From the human T2T-CHM13v2.0 reference genome, Homo sapiens: a stretch of DNA of 64,000 nt. This document shows positions 26,171 through 43,040 of this stretch, piece by piece. Made by a program: the position numbers and the translations under genes. The stretch lies in assembly GCF_009914755.1 (NCBI RefSeq), contig NC_060926.1; one strand, written 5' to 3'. The notes beneath the pieces were generated by a model that saw only the letters and a list, made by a program, of their open reading frames with translations, had not been told where the DNA came from and did no database searches. Position 1 is the stretch's first letter, and the number at the start of each line of letters is the position of its first letter.

Positions 26171-29100
26171 GACTGTTACTACTACTACTATTATACTTAT
26201 TTCTAACTTTCATCAAAATAGTGCCTTGGACCTAAACGAGGGATTCAATAAACATCTGTTGAAATGTTTTATGAAGGAAGGAAGATGAGGGCAGTTAGAT
26301 GGTAGATGATAAGACTTCTGGTCTCTATCATAAAATGATACTAATTTTTAGCCCAAGAAACCAGAGTGAATGAGGAAACTGTACGTGAATACATTAGAGA
26401 GAAACAGAGGCTATCTTCTTGTTCCCTAATTTAGATGACAGCCATTTGTATTCAGAGAAATTAAGTCCTGGTGCTGTCACTTGATGGATCACCAAAAATC
26501 CTCTAGAGTGGTGACTTTCGCACCTCCAATCCTGCAATTACTTGAAGGCTCATATGGGCTACTCCGGTGGGGAAGGGAAGCCCTGCTAATGAGACCCCTA
26601 ACTCAGCCAGTGTCACTCTGCTTTCAGCTGCTTTATATATAGTGGTTTCACTGCTTTAAAAATGTTCTCCAAAATCACTGTACTAGATGAATCAAGAAAA
26701 GAAAACATGCACCTACCTTTAAGGATTTCTAGTTCAGCCAACCCAGACCTGTCACATCATGATATTTTCTGGTAGGTCTGAGTGGGATGATGTGTGAATT
26801 GTCCCCTGAGTTGAAAGCCAAGAAAACAACATGCTTTTCTAAAGAACTTTCTTTCTGCCTTCTCCCCACTTTTTATTTCTTGTCATCCTTTCATGCACCA
26901 GTTATGCTATGTATTTTCTTTTTATGCTTTTATGGCTGCTGGGGTTACTTTTGGAGGGATACCATAAGACAGTGAAGAAATTAATGCAACAGGGGACTTC
27001 AAGCAGAAAAATCCATCTGACCTGGTGACAGTTGGTAAGCATTAGAGAAAATCTCATTTACTTGAGAACCATAACTTTGGCAATTTCATTTCGGCTTACT
27101 TCACTGCCCTTCCCAAAGCTCTGGTTCAATCAAAGAGAGGAGGAAAAAGTAACTTTGCTGAACTTGGTCACAGAGAGACTTTGAAGCCGACTGCAAGACT
27201 GTCCAGGAGAAAGGAACTGTAAGAAAAATATCTCATGGTTGTTGGTCTAAATCTGACTTCCTGATGCTCTGTTCCATTTTAATGAAAATTTTAAGCCGTG
27301 TCCCAGATTTTCCTTTTTAGCTGATGGATGGGGAGTATTGCTCCATAAGAAGGCACAAATTCTTTCTGCCTTTTTCTACTTTCAGTTGCTTTATTGGGTG
27401 CTTTATCTCAACCACTTACAATTGTTTTATGTTGAAGGCTATATTCCAGTTCATCTTGAAATGGAATGTGCTATTATAATGGGCTAGGCCGAGGAAGAAT
27501 GTCTTTCTCAAGAGAGGAAAAGTGGAATTTGTCAGTGATGCAAACCAGACAGGAAGGGAAGGAAGGAAACTCTAGTTATTCACAAAAGGGTACCAGGATG
27601 ATGAAAACTGAGCCCGACAGATTCCATCAGCGACTGGGGTCATCAGCCCGCAATTCAGTGATCTTGTCAACTAATCACAGGGCAGATACAACCCGGGGTC
27701 TGCTCTGGGCTGTGTACTGTTCTGTGCTTTGAAGATAGTGACAGGCAGTAAGGGTTTCATCAGGCAGAGTCATGAAGCCTCTCCCTGGGGAAGACCTTTG
27801 ACCTGGTTCCTGTTTTCTGTATCCTTAGTTTTCCACCTACTCCAAATTTGACTCTTCCGAACATGCCTGAGGAATGGTTCCATCCTTCTTAATCTGATTA
27901 GTCTAATCAAAGACTCAAATTGGAAACTAAAAGAATTCCCTAAGAGAAAGTTCATTTTATCCTCACTCTCCTATGATGTCCCTATCTTTCTGGGGCATTG
28001 CATTTTTCTGACTAGTTTACTAGGAGCGACTTAAAAAAAAATGGATTTTATAACCAAAAAATCTAATATTTTGTAGTGCCTCTGAGGTAACATCTAATTT
28101 AGGAGGAAAGAAACTAAGAAATAATCCAATTTTGTTTCATTTTTGATGTGTGATTTAAACCTGAGAGTCAACCAATTATTGATCATTTAATCAGGTATTT
28201 ATGCCTATGTTAGTCATTATAGCATGCCAAATAGTTTCAATACTCTTTGTTCACAAGAAGTTTAAAATTTAGTTGGGGAGACAAAATAATCTGAAATAGC
28301 AATTAGTGAGAAGACAATGTGATAATTAACTATATTTTATATTGACAAAACAGAGTGCTAAAGAGTCAAGTCCAGAGAACAAAGTGGAGTAGAATGAGGT
28401 GTTAATTGCATAGTATAGATTAGAAACGAAGAAGCAGTTGCAGAGAGATGATTAGGGCACAGCTTTGTTAGGTAACTACGGAGGAGGCAGCTCTTAGGCA
28501 GCATTTAAAAAATCTTGTTCTTGGTTGTATTGCATTGTTCTGGGACTACTTCATGATTGTTGATATCAGATCCTATTAGTTACTCTAGTGTCAGGGAAGA
28601 AAAGGCATATACCAATAGAGCTGTGATGTGTTAGGCTGAATTTGAGGGTTATGGGGAAGAGTTACCATGGGGAAGGGAGTGCTAATTTAAGCTTTTACCT
28701 GGTAGCTTTTATCCCACTGACTAAATTCATTCTCTCCTAAATATGTTTTCTAGCTTTTCCTAAAATGTCTAACAATGTTCATGGAGACTAATGACGGGGC
28801 TTTTAAATAGAGTAGATTCCATTACATGATTTCCTTTACCATCAATCCTGTTACTATTTTATGTGGCACAGTGGTGGGGTCTTCATGTCACGCACTCTAA
28901 ACCCTGAGGTGTGTTAGCATTTTCTTGTTTGTTATGAAGATCCTGCTTCAGCTGCTTTGCACTCTTTTTATTGAGGAAGCTGAAGGAGCTGACAAGATGA
29001 GTGACAGTGTGTGAGGAGACCTCTCTTGCTCTTCTGCAGAGGTCACATTGGTTAATGCCTAATGCTACCTACAAAACACCAAGGGCTTATCTCTTATACT

Positions 29101-29449
29101 AGTCCTTTCTTACACTATCTCATCTTATTCCTGTGGGCATCTATTCCAGCAGAGGCTTCCTGGTAAGCTTGGGTTTATTACAAAGAATCCAATGGGTTTT
29201 CTGTAAAAGTCATAATTAATCTTACATTTCCAATTTGTGAACTGGTTGGAAACAAAGTTGCTTACATGCTTTTATTTATCTGAAACTGTTAAAACACATG
29301 CAGCTTATTCGATGAGCTGCCAGGGACCACCAGTGTTCTTTAGACCACAGTATAAAAAACACTGCTTTTGGTCCATTGAGAAAATGGGCTGCATTGTCTG
29401 AAAAGAGAACAAGATGGGGACTTGGTGCTGTTTAGGTGGAAGAGGAAAG

Positions 29450-30353
29450 GGGCTAAATAGGAAAAACAAACTGTTTTTATCTACTTTCACAACACTTCTG
29501 ATACCAAATGTGGGGACAGGACATTCCCACACCAACCAGTACTCCAACTCTCCAGGCACCAATTGTGCCCTACAATTTAATTATGACACTAAACTACCTG
29601 GAGTTAGTGCAGACCCCTCAGGTTAAGTGGTCAGTTCCACAAGACTGTCCCCCAGCTTGGATGCGAATTACAAGTAGTGAGTCCCAGGTTACCCATGCTT
29701 CTGTCCAACTTGACTACAAACAGAGAGTTTTTATGACAGCCTCTTCAGGTTTGATCCTTTGCTGTAATGGCTTCAAATTCAGGGAAATATTTACTTGCAT
29801 TTACTGATTTATTATAAAGAATATAACCAAGGATACAAGTGAACAGCCAGATGAAGAGATACACAGAGTGAGATCTGGAAGGGTCCCAAGCCCAGGAGCT
29901 CTGTCCTGTGAAATTGGGATGCATCACCCTTCCTGCACATGGCCGTGTTCACCAACCTGGAAGCTCTCTCAACGCCATACTTTAGGGAATTTTAGGGAGG
30001 TATAACTGACCATTACCTCAATCTCTAGCCCCTTTTCCCTTTCTGAAGAATGGGGAGTAGGACTGAAAGTTCCAAGCTCTAACCATGGCCATGGGGGCTA
30101 CCAGCTCCCATTCTGAAGCTAGCCTAGCCAGAAGCCTATCCAAAGTTGCCTCATTAGAACACAAGATGATTTTATCCCCCTCAGGAAATTCTAAGGGATT
30201 TAGGCCATTCTGTGTCAAGAACCAGGATCAAAGACCACATTATACAAAAGATGTTTCTAATACTCCTAGCACTTAGGAAATTACAAGGGTGTTAGGAGCT
30301 CTATGGCAGGAACCAGGGACAGAGACCAAATATATTATATTTTATTATGTTAC
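29450..30353 (-). mobile_element. MER21-like solo LTR
   Basis: cacttctgataccaaatgt, ctacctggagttagtgcagacccc, gactgaaagttccaagctctaaccatggc, end gagaccaaatatatt...ttaca. Confidence 0.8.
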
Positions 30354-32149
30354 AGTGTCTGACCCTGGAGTATGGTAGTTTTCTTGCAACTGGGCAAAGC
30401 GATGAGGTCACTGCACTACAATATTCTAGAGATGGTAGAATCTCAGATAGAAATGACTCTGTGAAACTGGGAACCAAGCAGCATAGCTTTGGAGGTCCCA
30501 GCAAAGATTCCCTTAGCTGAGCTTAGTGGGAGTGTGGAAGAGTGTTGGAGGGACTGTATGCGATGCTAGTTGTTTGTATACCCTTAAAGGCCTGAGGCAT
30601 AAGAGAAAATAGCTCCACTTCAACTGAGTTATCTTCCATTTTTCTTGGCAATGTAAGATTGAGGTTCTTGTAAGATCCAAGAGTGTCAACTAAGCCCTGA
30701 TAGCCAACCTTCCCATCAACCTTGGTAAAGGGGTGTCAGAAGCAGATTTCTTTTATTTAGAAAAATTAAGACATGCAAATGTCATTGTATTCCGGAAGCT
30801 ATGGGGCAATTCAGATCTGTTTAAAGTCTCCAACAGGGGGACTCCCGGAGGCTGTGGAGGCAGCGCAGGCCCAGAGCCAGGCAGGGACAGGCCCTGAGGA
30901 GGCTCCTTGGCCGTCAGCCCACCTCAGGTCCATTGGCTGCCCCTCCGCTCCCTGCTCCAAGTCCCCGGCCACCGCAGCCCACTGGGAGTCCTGCTAAGGG
31001 AAGCTGAGAAAGGGGGTCCTGGGAAAGCGTTCCTAGTGCTCCTGAGGAAAGCTGCGACAAGATGGCAGCTCCCAGTGGGAGATGGAGGCCGAGTCTCTCT
31101 GCTCTCAGGAGGCCAGGCTGCTGCCTTTCTAACCCAACCATCTGGCTCTCAGCCCTCACCATCATGGCAGCTCTCACCAGGTCTGCTGCCTACACAGACT
31201 ATGGTGTTCCAGGGAGTAGGATCCTGGCAGTCGCAGTGGCGGAGGGCGGGAGCACCTTCTTAATGCTTCTGTGAGGGGCCAGGATTCTGCAGCAGGTGCT
31301 CATCCCAGCAGCTTCAGGCTTTTGGTTGTTGGTTTTACACCTCTGACAAATGACATGGCCAGACACAGGGTAATGTCTGAAAAAACCTCTGTAGAAGAGC
31401 AGGATGCATGGGGCATGCTGCAGCTCACATAGCAGCCGCCAAGCACATGGGAGCCTTCATCCACCCAATTTGGCCAAAGAAGCCCACATACTCTCCGTGA
31501 AAAAGATTTCCAGAAGCTATTGTGTCAAAGTCTCAAAATACACACACTCACAGAAAAAGCAAACAAACAAACAAAAAACAAAAAAACCACCAACACTAAA
31601 GGTCATTCTTGAGTCTGATTTGAAAACTAGGGTAAAATTCTGCAGAAATATTCAAGTGGCAAGCTAACATCCTAATAGCCACATCTGTAGGTCCTATCCA
31701 TCATGCCAGGGAAAATGCCCCATTCACAAGTCCTCAGCTTCTGGTTCTAGTTTTAGGGTTTGCTCTATAGTTAAAGGTAGAAGGTACGTTACCCACTTAC
31801 TCTTATTCACAGATCTGAATATGGAGGTCAGCAGGGGAAAGTGACATGTCCTAAGTTAGAGTAGAGTCAACAAGAAAACAAGACAAACAATAACTGAGCC
31901 CCTAGTGTATACTGGGCATTGGCGAGCTGCTGGAGAAAACACAGTTCCTTCTTCAAGGAGCTCCATCCTCTTTGCAGGCAGGACAGGTTTCCCTGCGGCT
32001 GAAGGAAGCTTGAAATTAGGATAATGAGGTTGAGCAGGGAGGGGCCACCACGCTGCCCTGAGAGGATCGTGTATGGACACAGAGCTGTGGCATGGCCCGG
32101 CTTTGACCCTCTAGCTGTGTTGTGGGGTGAGGTAGGTGCTGGAGTGGCC

Positions 32150-32640
32150 TCCTGCTTAAGATGGAATAACAAGGAGCAGATTTACCTTCCCACCTGAAAC
32201 AACTAAAAACTTGAACAAAATATATGAAGCAAACATTTTCAGGACATTGGACATCAGGCAATGAAGGCCAGTGATATCTGAGAGAGAGGAAACAAATGAG
32301 GTGAGCCCTGTAAGTGCCCCCAACTTATTGCCTAGAAACAGTTTCGAAGTGTGGTCCAGGGAGGGTAATTTCCAAGTATTTGAAAAATAAGTGACACACC
32401 TATACATTATCTATGGATCAAAACAGAATTTGAAATGGGAATTAAAAAGTATTTTGAAGTGAAAGAAAATGAAAATGTAAGATATGAGTATTTGTGGGAT
32501 TCCAATAAAGCAGTGCATAGGAGGAAGTTTACAGCACTCATCCCCTATATTAGAAGAAAGGTCTCAAATCAATGACTTCAGTTTCCACCCAAGAAACCAG
32601 ACAAACAGGAGAGAATTAAACCCAAAACAAGCAGAAAAAA
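32150..32640 (+). mobile_element. Old L1M fragments (5' end joined to an ORF2 piece)
   Basis: gatttaccttcccacctgaaacaactaaaaac (L1M 5' end), then aagtattttgaagtgaaagaaaatgaaaat...ttgtgggat (ORF2). Confidence 0.65.
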
Positions 32641-32751
32641 AGGGTTGGGCTTTATTATAACAACAATTAGCTGTGTGACCTGGGCAAGTATTGTTCTCTC
32701 TGGTTCTGCCTGATTTTATCACTTGAAAAATGAGGATTGTAAACGATATTA

Positions 32752-32872
32752 GTGTTTTCCAAAGTATGGGCCTGCTGCACAAGAATCATAAGGGAGTTGG
32801 TAAGAAATGCTAATTTCTAAGCCCTGCCCCAGATCTAGGAAATCAAAATTTCTGAGTAGGGCCGGAGAACCT
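32752..32872. mobile_element. MER5A-like fragment split by an Alu
   Basis: agtgttttccaaagt...agaatcataaggga...gccctgccccaga...gggccggagaa; appears to resume at about 33276 (gagaatctgtatatttaaaca). Confidence 0.6.
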
Positions 32873-32888
32873 TTCTCTCTCTCTCCCC

Positions 32889-32924
<36 letters not shown>

Positions 32925-32980
32925 TATATATATGTTATATATGTATATGGATACGTATCTGATATATATAACATATATAT
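32873..32980. repeat. Compound microsatellite (TC)n-(CA)n-(TA)-rich at the Alu tail position
   Basis: (CA) run at 32892-32921 flanked by TC and AT runs. Confidence 0.9.
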
Positions 32981-33274
32981 TGGAGACAGGGTCTCACTCT
33001 GAGGCCCAGGCTGGAGTGCAGTGGCACAAACATGGCTTACCACAGCCTCAACCTCCTGGGCTCAAGCAATCCTCCTGCCTCAGTCTCCCCAAGTAGCTGG
33101 GACCACAGGTACTGGCCACCTCTCTTGGTTAATTTTTTTTTTTTTTTTTTTTTGTAGAGATGGGATCTCTCCATGTTGCCCAAGCTAGTCTCAAATATCT
33201 CGGCTCAAGGAATCTTCCCATGCTGGTCTCACAAAGTGCTGAATTTACAGGCATTAAGCTACCAAGCCCAGCCT
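32981..33274 (-). mobile_element. AluJ-like
   Basis: ggagacagggtctcactct...ctcaagcaatcctcctgcc...; expanded middle T run. Confidence 0.92.
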
Positions 33275-33699
33275 GAGAATCTGTATATTTAAACACAATA
33301 GTAATAGAATGTTCTAAGAGAGAAAGTGTCCTCCTTCTTGGTGGCATTCTGTTCAGTGACATGACTTCTGAAGAGATGCAAGGTAGGCAGTCTCAGCTCT
33401 GAACAGGAGGGGGTCTCAGCTTCATATAACCTCTGTCCACCTGTAACTCAAGCAGTTCAGTCATCATGGAAGACTGTAAGAGCCTAGACATGAGGATAGT
33501 AACAATGGCCAGGATGGACTAACCATAGGGATCTTTCATTCATCTTATAATATTAGATAAGCCTCATAGTCTTATCATCCCTTCCGAGGTAGGGGAAGGA
33601 GTCTGATTATTACATAGGCTGGTTCCCAGCTCTTCCAACAATGTGGGAGCTGATGATGTGATTTAATTTGCTTCATTTCATTTCTGCCTATTTATGTTC

Positions 33700-34430
33700 C
33701 ATAATTTATTTATTTAATGTATAAATGCTTTATTATGTCTTTGAACCACATCAACAAATTTATTCTGACCTATTTTCAGGCTATTCTCTAAAATAATTTT
33801 TATTCGGGTGAATTACTGTTTCTGAATTATACTACCAAGTCTTCTGTTCCTTGGCTGTCCTTTGAGAAATTAGACTTCTTCATGTGTTTTTGAACTTTGG
33901 TTTGCAGGCTCATTTTGAGCATCCCCTTCAAACTTTTCCCTCCCTAAGAATTTAGTGGTTTTCTTTACCTAGCCCAGCCCTTTCACTCCTAAACCAGAAT
34001 CAGGTTTACAATCCAGCTTGGGATGTACTGCCCCTAGGGGACATTGTGGAGTATAGCAGATCCATTACCGAGTCTGCATGGTGCTGGCTCGGTTCCTGGG
34101 AGTCACACTTCGTCTTCGCCCTTTGTCTCTTCAGGTTTGCAGCTTCATCTGAAGCCATAGTCATAATAGAGCAGCGAGCGTTGTTTGCCTCTGGCATCAC
34201 ATAGGAAGCCTGGCTCTGCTCCAGGTCTCACTCACATTTAAAACTCCTTTTCCCATAGGGACCAAACCCTCAGTCACTAGTGTCTACTTCCAGAGCTCAG
34301 ACAACCCACGATTTATGGTTTTCTTTTGTTTCTGGTCCACGGAGATGTTTATCTTGTACCAGAGCCTAGTTAGATCTTCCCGCTTTTTTTTTCTTTTTAA
34401 AAAATATTTCATCTGTCATTGCTTTTTGTT
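33700..34430 (-). mobile_element. Old L1M 5'-region fragment
   Basis: T-rich degenerate L1-like antisense sequence; family uncertain. Confidence 0.35.
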
Positions 34431-36544
34431 CACAGAAGGTGAATTCACTGCATTTTGATCATTATAAAAGTCTGAATTAATTCATTTGAAAATGGTAAAT
34501 AAATGACATTTCTTTCAAGCACAAGTCTCTGGAGTGAGATCCACATCCTCTACAACAACATAAGAAATCCTTGTGGAAGACACCTCTGATTAACTCCTAT
34601 TTATTCCTCCACTTGACAGAGCCTGAGCATCGATATCTTCTATTAATATTTGTGGTATGTTGTACAAGTTGGTTCTTGTTGATTTGCTAGAAATGTTATG
34701 TGTGTGCATGCACCATTCTCCAAATAATCTGCCAACCGCTTAAAATCAGGGACCATGACTTATCATTAAAGTGTTCCCTAAATGACATATTTTCTGGTAG
34801 CCACACACAGTAAGCTTCAATATAAATATCAATTATCTGATTGATTTACTCCAGGTATCCCAAATTTTCTTAATCAAGTGCACTATGACACTTAATAAAA
34901 ATATTTATATATCCAAAGGTAATGTTGAAATAAAAAAATGGACAACTATATACAACATAGAAATGTGTACACATATTTGACACTTTCGGGGGGGATTTCC
35001 TTGCTACATGCTTTGAGAGTTAGTGCCTATTGACCTTCAACTTGGAAAACATTGTACAGTTATTTACAATCCATTTTGCATTTATACGGAGACAGAAAAA
35101 TTCCCCATGAAAGGGGCCTCCAGCCTTGCCTATCAGGAAGTCAGCTACCTGTGACCAGAGAGCCTGAGTACATTTTTTCTGGGAGCAGGTGTTAACCCAC
35201 CCCCACTAGTTAAGAGCCTGCAGGGCCCCTACCTTTGGGAGATAAAGAGGCAGTCTGTGTGGGGTCCCTTCTCCTCCACAGAGCCATTTGTTACTGGGGT
35301 TACACCCCCTGCAGGAATCTTTCAATGCTCTTTAAATCGTGGGCACGCACAATGCACCTGACCTTGTTCAAAGCCAGGGGTTGCACTGCCCCAGGCAAAG
35401 ACTGAAGAAATCCAACAAAATACATCTTACCAGGCTTTTTCTACTCTGTTGCATGGAAAGGCTCCTGTGTCTGACAACCAAAATACTTGTTAGTTTTCCC
35501 TTTTTTTCTTTTCACTCCAATAACTTAATTAATGCACACCATCAGTTGTTCATAATTCAGCAATAAGAATCTTTCCTTTGATAAGATGCAGCCAGTGGGA
35601 AAAACACAAAACTTTGTATCCTCTGCATTTTAGATCACTTATTTAGTTCTGAGAAGAATTTTTTTTTGGCATGTGCGCCCCTTATGGAATCAGGAATGGA
35701 CTTTGTGCAAAGAAAGCATGTTTTATCCTGTAGAAAGAATAAAACCCTTTGGAGGGTGGCATTTACTCAAGGGAACAGATGCCTGCAGGGTGTTCTCCTC
35801 ACGGTGGGGGTGGCTGGTGACAAGGTGTGACATCTGCAGAAGAAATACAGGCAAGCACTTTAGCCCCCAAGTACTTCCCAGTAGAGAGTGGGCTTACTCA
35901 CAACACAATAGTCGAAATCTGGCTCATGCTTGTTAAGCAATTCACTCAGAACTTTACCCACCCAATGGTATCTGTATTTTAATTACAGGAAAAAGGACTT
36001 GAAATTTGTGGGAGGCTACCACTTCCGCCACATACTCATGCACACACGTGCAATTCCTTGCTGAGAGTGGCAAAGACAATAAAGGAATTCACTGTAGGAG
36101 GTGTGTTCATGTATCTGTATGAGATTATGAGGGATACTTAACAAAAGTGGCATTTGCTAAGTGATTGAAAGATTATCCTTATACTCCAGGTTTCTTTTCC
36201 AGTTTCAGCTTAGGCTCACAAAGACAAACTAGATAGTTCCTGCATTCTGAAAACCCTGTGAAATGGACTGGTTCGAACGGGCAGTTTATAACATGATACT
36301 TTTAGATTGGAAGGCCCAGTGAGGTGAGGATCTTGAAGTACTCACTCCCTGAGAAGTTATTCTCAAAATGAAAACAGTTTAAATAGGTGGACAGGAACAG
36401 GTATTTATGAAGCAAAGAGTTAGGCTAATTTTTGCTTGGTCTCAATCATATTTAACATAGGGAGAGAAAAGTATTCCTGGTCCCAGAATTGGTTAGCACA
36501 AGACATGGGAATTCTATTGGTTTCAATTCTTGGGACTGGGAGGG

Positions 36545-36690
36545 ACCTCAGGAAGATGGCATAATAGCATTCTCCAGGTCCATCTCCCTGCAGGAACATC
36601 AATTTGAAAAAGTATCTATGCATGAAAATACACTCACAAGAGCTAAGGAAACCAGGTGAGAAAATACAGTACCTGGGCATAGTGATTCTT
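36545..36690 (+). mobile_element. L1M/L1MA 5' end fragment
   Basis: aagatggc...aggaacatcaatttgaa...cacaagagctaaggaaaccaggtgag. Confidence 0.55.
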
Positions 36691-36861
36691 GTGACTCATG
36701 AGGAAAAAATTATTTTAAAGTATATTCCTGTTTTTTTCTTTTTTTTTTTATCCAATTTAGATAACATGGTCAGTCACTTGAATAATGATCTTACTATCAT
36801 AAACACTTCCTTGACTACTATCCTGTTGTACTAGCCCACAGAGTGCTAAACATGGAGTAAT

Positions 36862-36894
36862 TCTAAACTGCAGTTACTTTTGCACCAACCTAAT
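36862..36894. mobile_element. MADE1 half (single TIR)
   Basis: aaactgcagttacttttgcaccaacctaata. Confidence 0.75.
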
Positions 36895-37735
36895 ACAACT
36901 TGTAATGAAGATTGTTTTTCATATCTGGTTCCAACTGTCTGTTGGTGGTGGCTTTGAGCAGCAGTGTACAAAGAAACAAGCTGAGCTCAGAAGAAACAAG
37001 TGCATGAGTGGATCACCCTGTCTATTATGGACACAAGTGGAGAGTAGTGAGAGGTTCAACTTTATACTTAAGTCTCAAAATGTCTATCTCTATTGTCTCT
37101 ATTGGACTTCGGACCTGCACATTCAACTACCCACTGGGTAATCTTATCTGGATGTCCCAACTACCTCAATCTGTACATGCCTAAAATTAAAATAAAAGTG
37201 GGTTAACTGATCCATCAAATTGGCATCATGATCCCTATTAGCATTGTGTTCCAGGCAGCCATTACCACATTTCAGATTAGTACTCAATTCAAAATAAACC
37301 CTCTTTGCCATCTGACTAAGGAAACTTGCTCTGATGGTGGAATTATAGGCATCAGCAATGGGGGTAAGGGAAAAAGTTGATGGGATGGTGGAAACGCAGT
37401 GTCTTAAAATCTTACCCATTTCACCTTTCCTGGCCCTGAGTACAGAAATAAGATCACAGGGAAAAATTCAAACTATGCTTGCTCTCAAGTGGAGTGATAG
37501 AAACTAGAAAAAATGAAGGTAATAAAACTTTTAGACTTTCTTTACAATATCCTATTTAGCTTATATATATCTGCCCATCTCCCTTAACTTCCTCTCCTTA
37601 GCCCCCAATATTTTTATTGTCAGATGGTCATTAGGACAAAAGCTTATTTATCTGAAGAATTATAGTGTCAGTCCCATGTAGGATGGTCTATGTGTTTACG
37701 CAAAAGTGCTCCGTGACACAAACAAGACACTTACG

Positions 37736-37790
37736 CCCCTTAGTTGCCTTGAGACATAAAACTGATTGATGTCTCAAAGCAACTAAGGGG
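37736..37790. repeat. 22-bp inverted repeat (21/22 matched) with 11-nt loop
   Basis: ccccttagttgccttgagacat (37736-37757) versus atgtctcaaagcaactaagggg (37769-37790). Confidence 0.95.
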
Positions 37791-38630
37791 TCTCTACTGG
37801 TAGCCAGGATTACCGTTTCCTTGTAGGAAAACTGGTAGAGAAAATTGAGTTCTTATAATAAATTCCATAACAGCAGCTTAGCTGTAAATGATTTTTTAAA
37901 AGTCATTTGACTGTGCAAACTGGTTAGAGCATAAATATTTTAATGATATTTCAAGAGCTTAATGTCAACCATCAGTGTCCAATAAATGAAAATTACTTTT
38001 AGTGATACATCTGGAAATATGATGGTTTTTTGAGCCAAAGTCTCTCAAGCTTTGCATAGAATCTGAATTTTTATTTTTACTCTGTGCCTGTTATATAAAC
38101 TTCTTATATTTGTTAGAGGAAAAGAAGATAAATTGGACACTACCTGGGATATTGAAAAATGAATAAAATGTTAAGACATGTTAAATTTATTGTTGGCTCA
38201 TTGAGGGAAAGAAAGTCAATAATTTATTTAAGAAAAACAATTTTACTTAAAGAAAGGGCAATATTTTAATAAGCAGAAATAGGAGAGGGAATATATTTTC
38301 AAATGAAAGCAGCACCACTGGAATGAAAAATGTAATGTGCCAAAGTCGCTACTTTGAAGGGGAGCGTGCTCATCTGAATGTAAAATCTTGTTATATTCCT
38401 GTAAAACCCTAACTTTATTTTCATTCTTATCTGTTTAATCATTTAACTAATATTTATCAAATACCCACTCTGTGTAATGGTGTTGTGGGAGGAAATTGTG
38501 GGGCCACAAAGACCCCGGTGAAGGAACGCCAGAGCATGTGAAAGCAGAAGATGCATCATCAAAGGATACCCGAAGATGTCTAAAAGAAGCTCGGTGGGAA
38601 AGCTGAGTGCTTGGAAGAACCAGGGTAACA

Positions 38631-42277
<3,647 letters not shown>

Positions 42278-43040
42278 CTTCCTGGGGAGCCACCAAAGAA
42301 GGTCCCCATGGGAGTTAGGGGACCCTTACCCTCAGGAAGAGTCAGTCTATTACTTGGAAGGTCTAAATTTAAAAGATGTTACTGTACATACAGGAATAAT
42401 TGACTCTGATTATACTGGAGAGATTCAATTAGTTATTAGTTCCTCGACTCCTTGATCTGCCTCCCCAAGAAAAAGAATTGCTCAGTTGTTGCTGTTACCT
42501 TACATAAAACTAGGAAGCAGCACAGTGAAAAGAACAGGAGGCTTTGGTAATACTAATCCAGCATGAAGGGCCGTGCACTGGGTTAATCAAGTGTCTGACA
42601 AAAGACCTATTTGCACAGTAACTATTCAGGGAAAAGATTTTGAAGGAGTAGAAGATACTGGAGCTGATGTCTCTATTATTGCTGTAAATCAATGGCCCTG
42701 GCACTGGCCTAAGCAAAAGGCATCCATTGGTATTGTTGGAGTAGGAGCTGCCTTCAGAGTTCTTTGATTTTACCATGTCAAGGGCTGGATGGTCAGGAAG
42801 GGACAATTCAGCCTATCATTACACCTATTCCTGTCCATTTATGGGGTAGAGACTCATTGTAACAATGGGATGCTGAAATACCTATTCCTACGGATCAATA
42901 TAGTAATCGTAGTAGACAAATGATGAAAAATATGGGATATCACCTGGGAATAGGACTAGGAAAAGATAAAAATGGCCAATCAGAACCTTTAGAATTAAAA
43001 GGGCAAATAGATCGGACCAGATTGGGGTGTCATTTTTAGA
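42278..43040 (+). pseudogene. pro: HERV-K dUTPase-protease-G-patch remnant
   Basis: VHTGIIDSDYTGEIQL and RTGGFG (dUTPase); DTGAD at 42654 (aspartic protease); [19 protein letters not shown] (G-patch); internal stops. Confidence 0.92.

Noticed and set aside
38481-38496. tgttgtgggaggaaa resembles the LTR start tgttgggagaaaa
   Set aside because: The preceding 6 bp (taatgg) do not match the bases after the 3' LTR (atgact) and no Tigger1 lies to the left; treated as chance, though not fully excluded.
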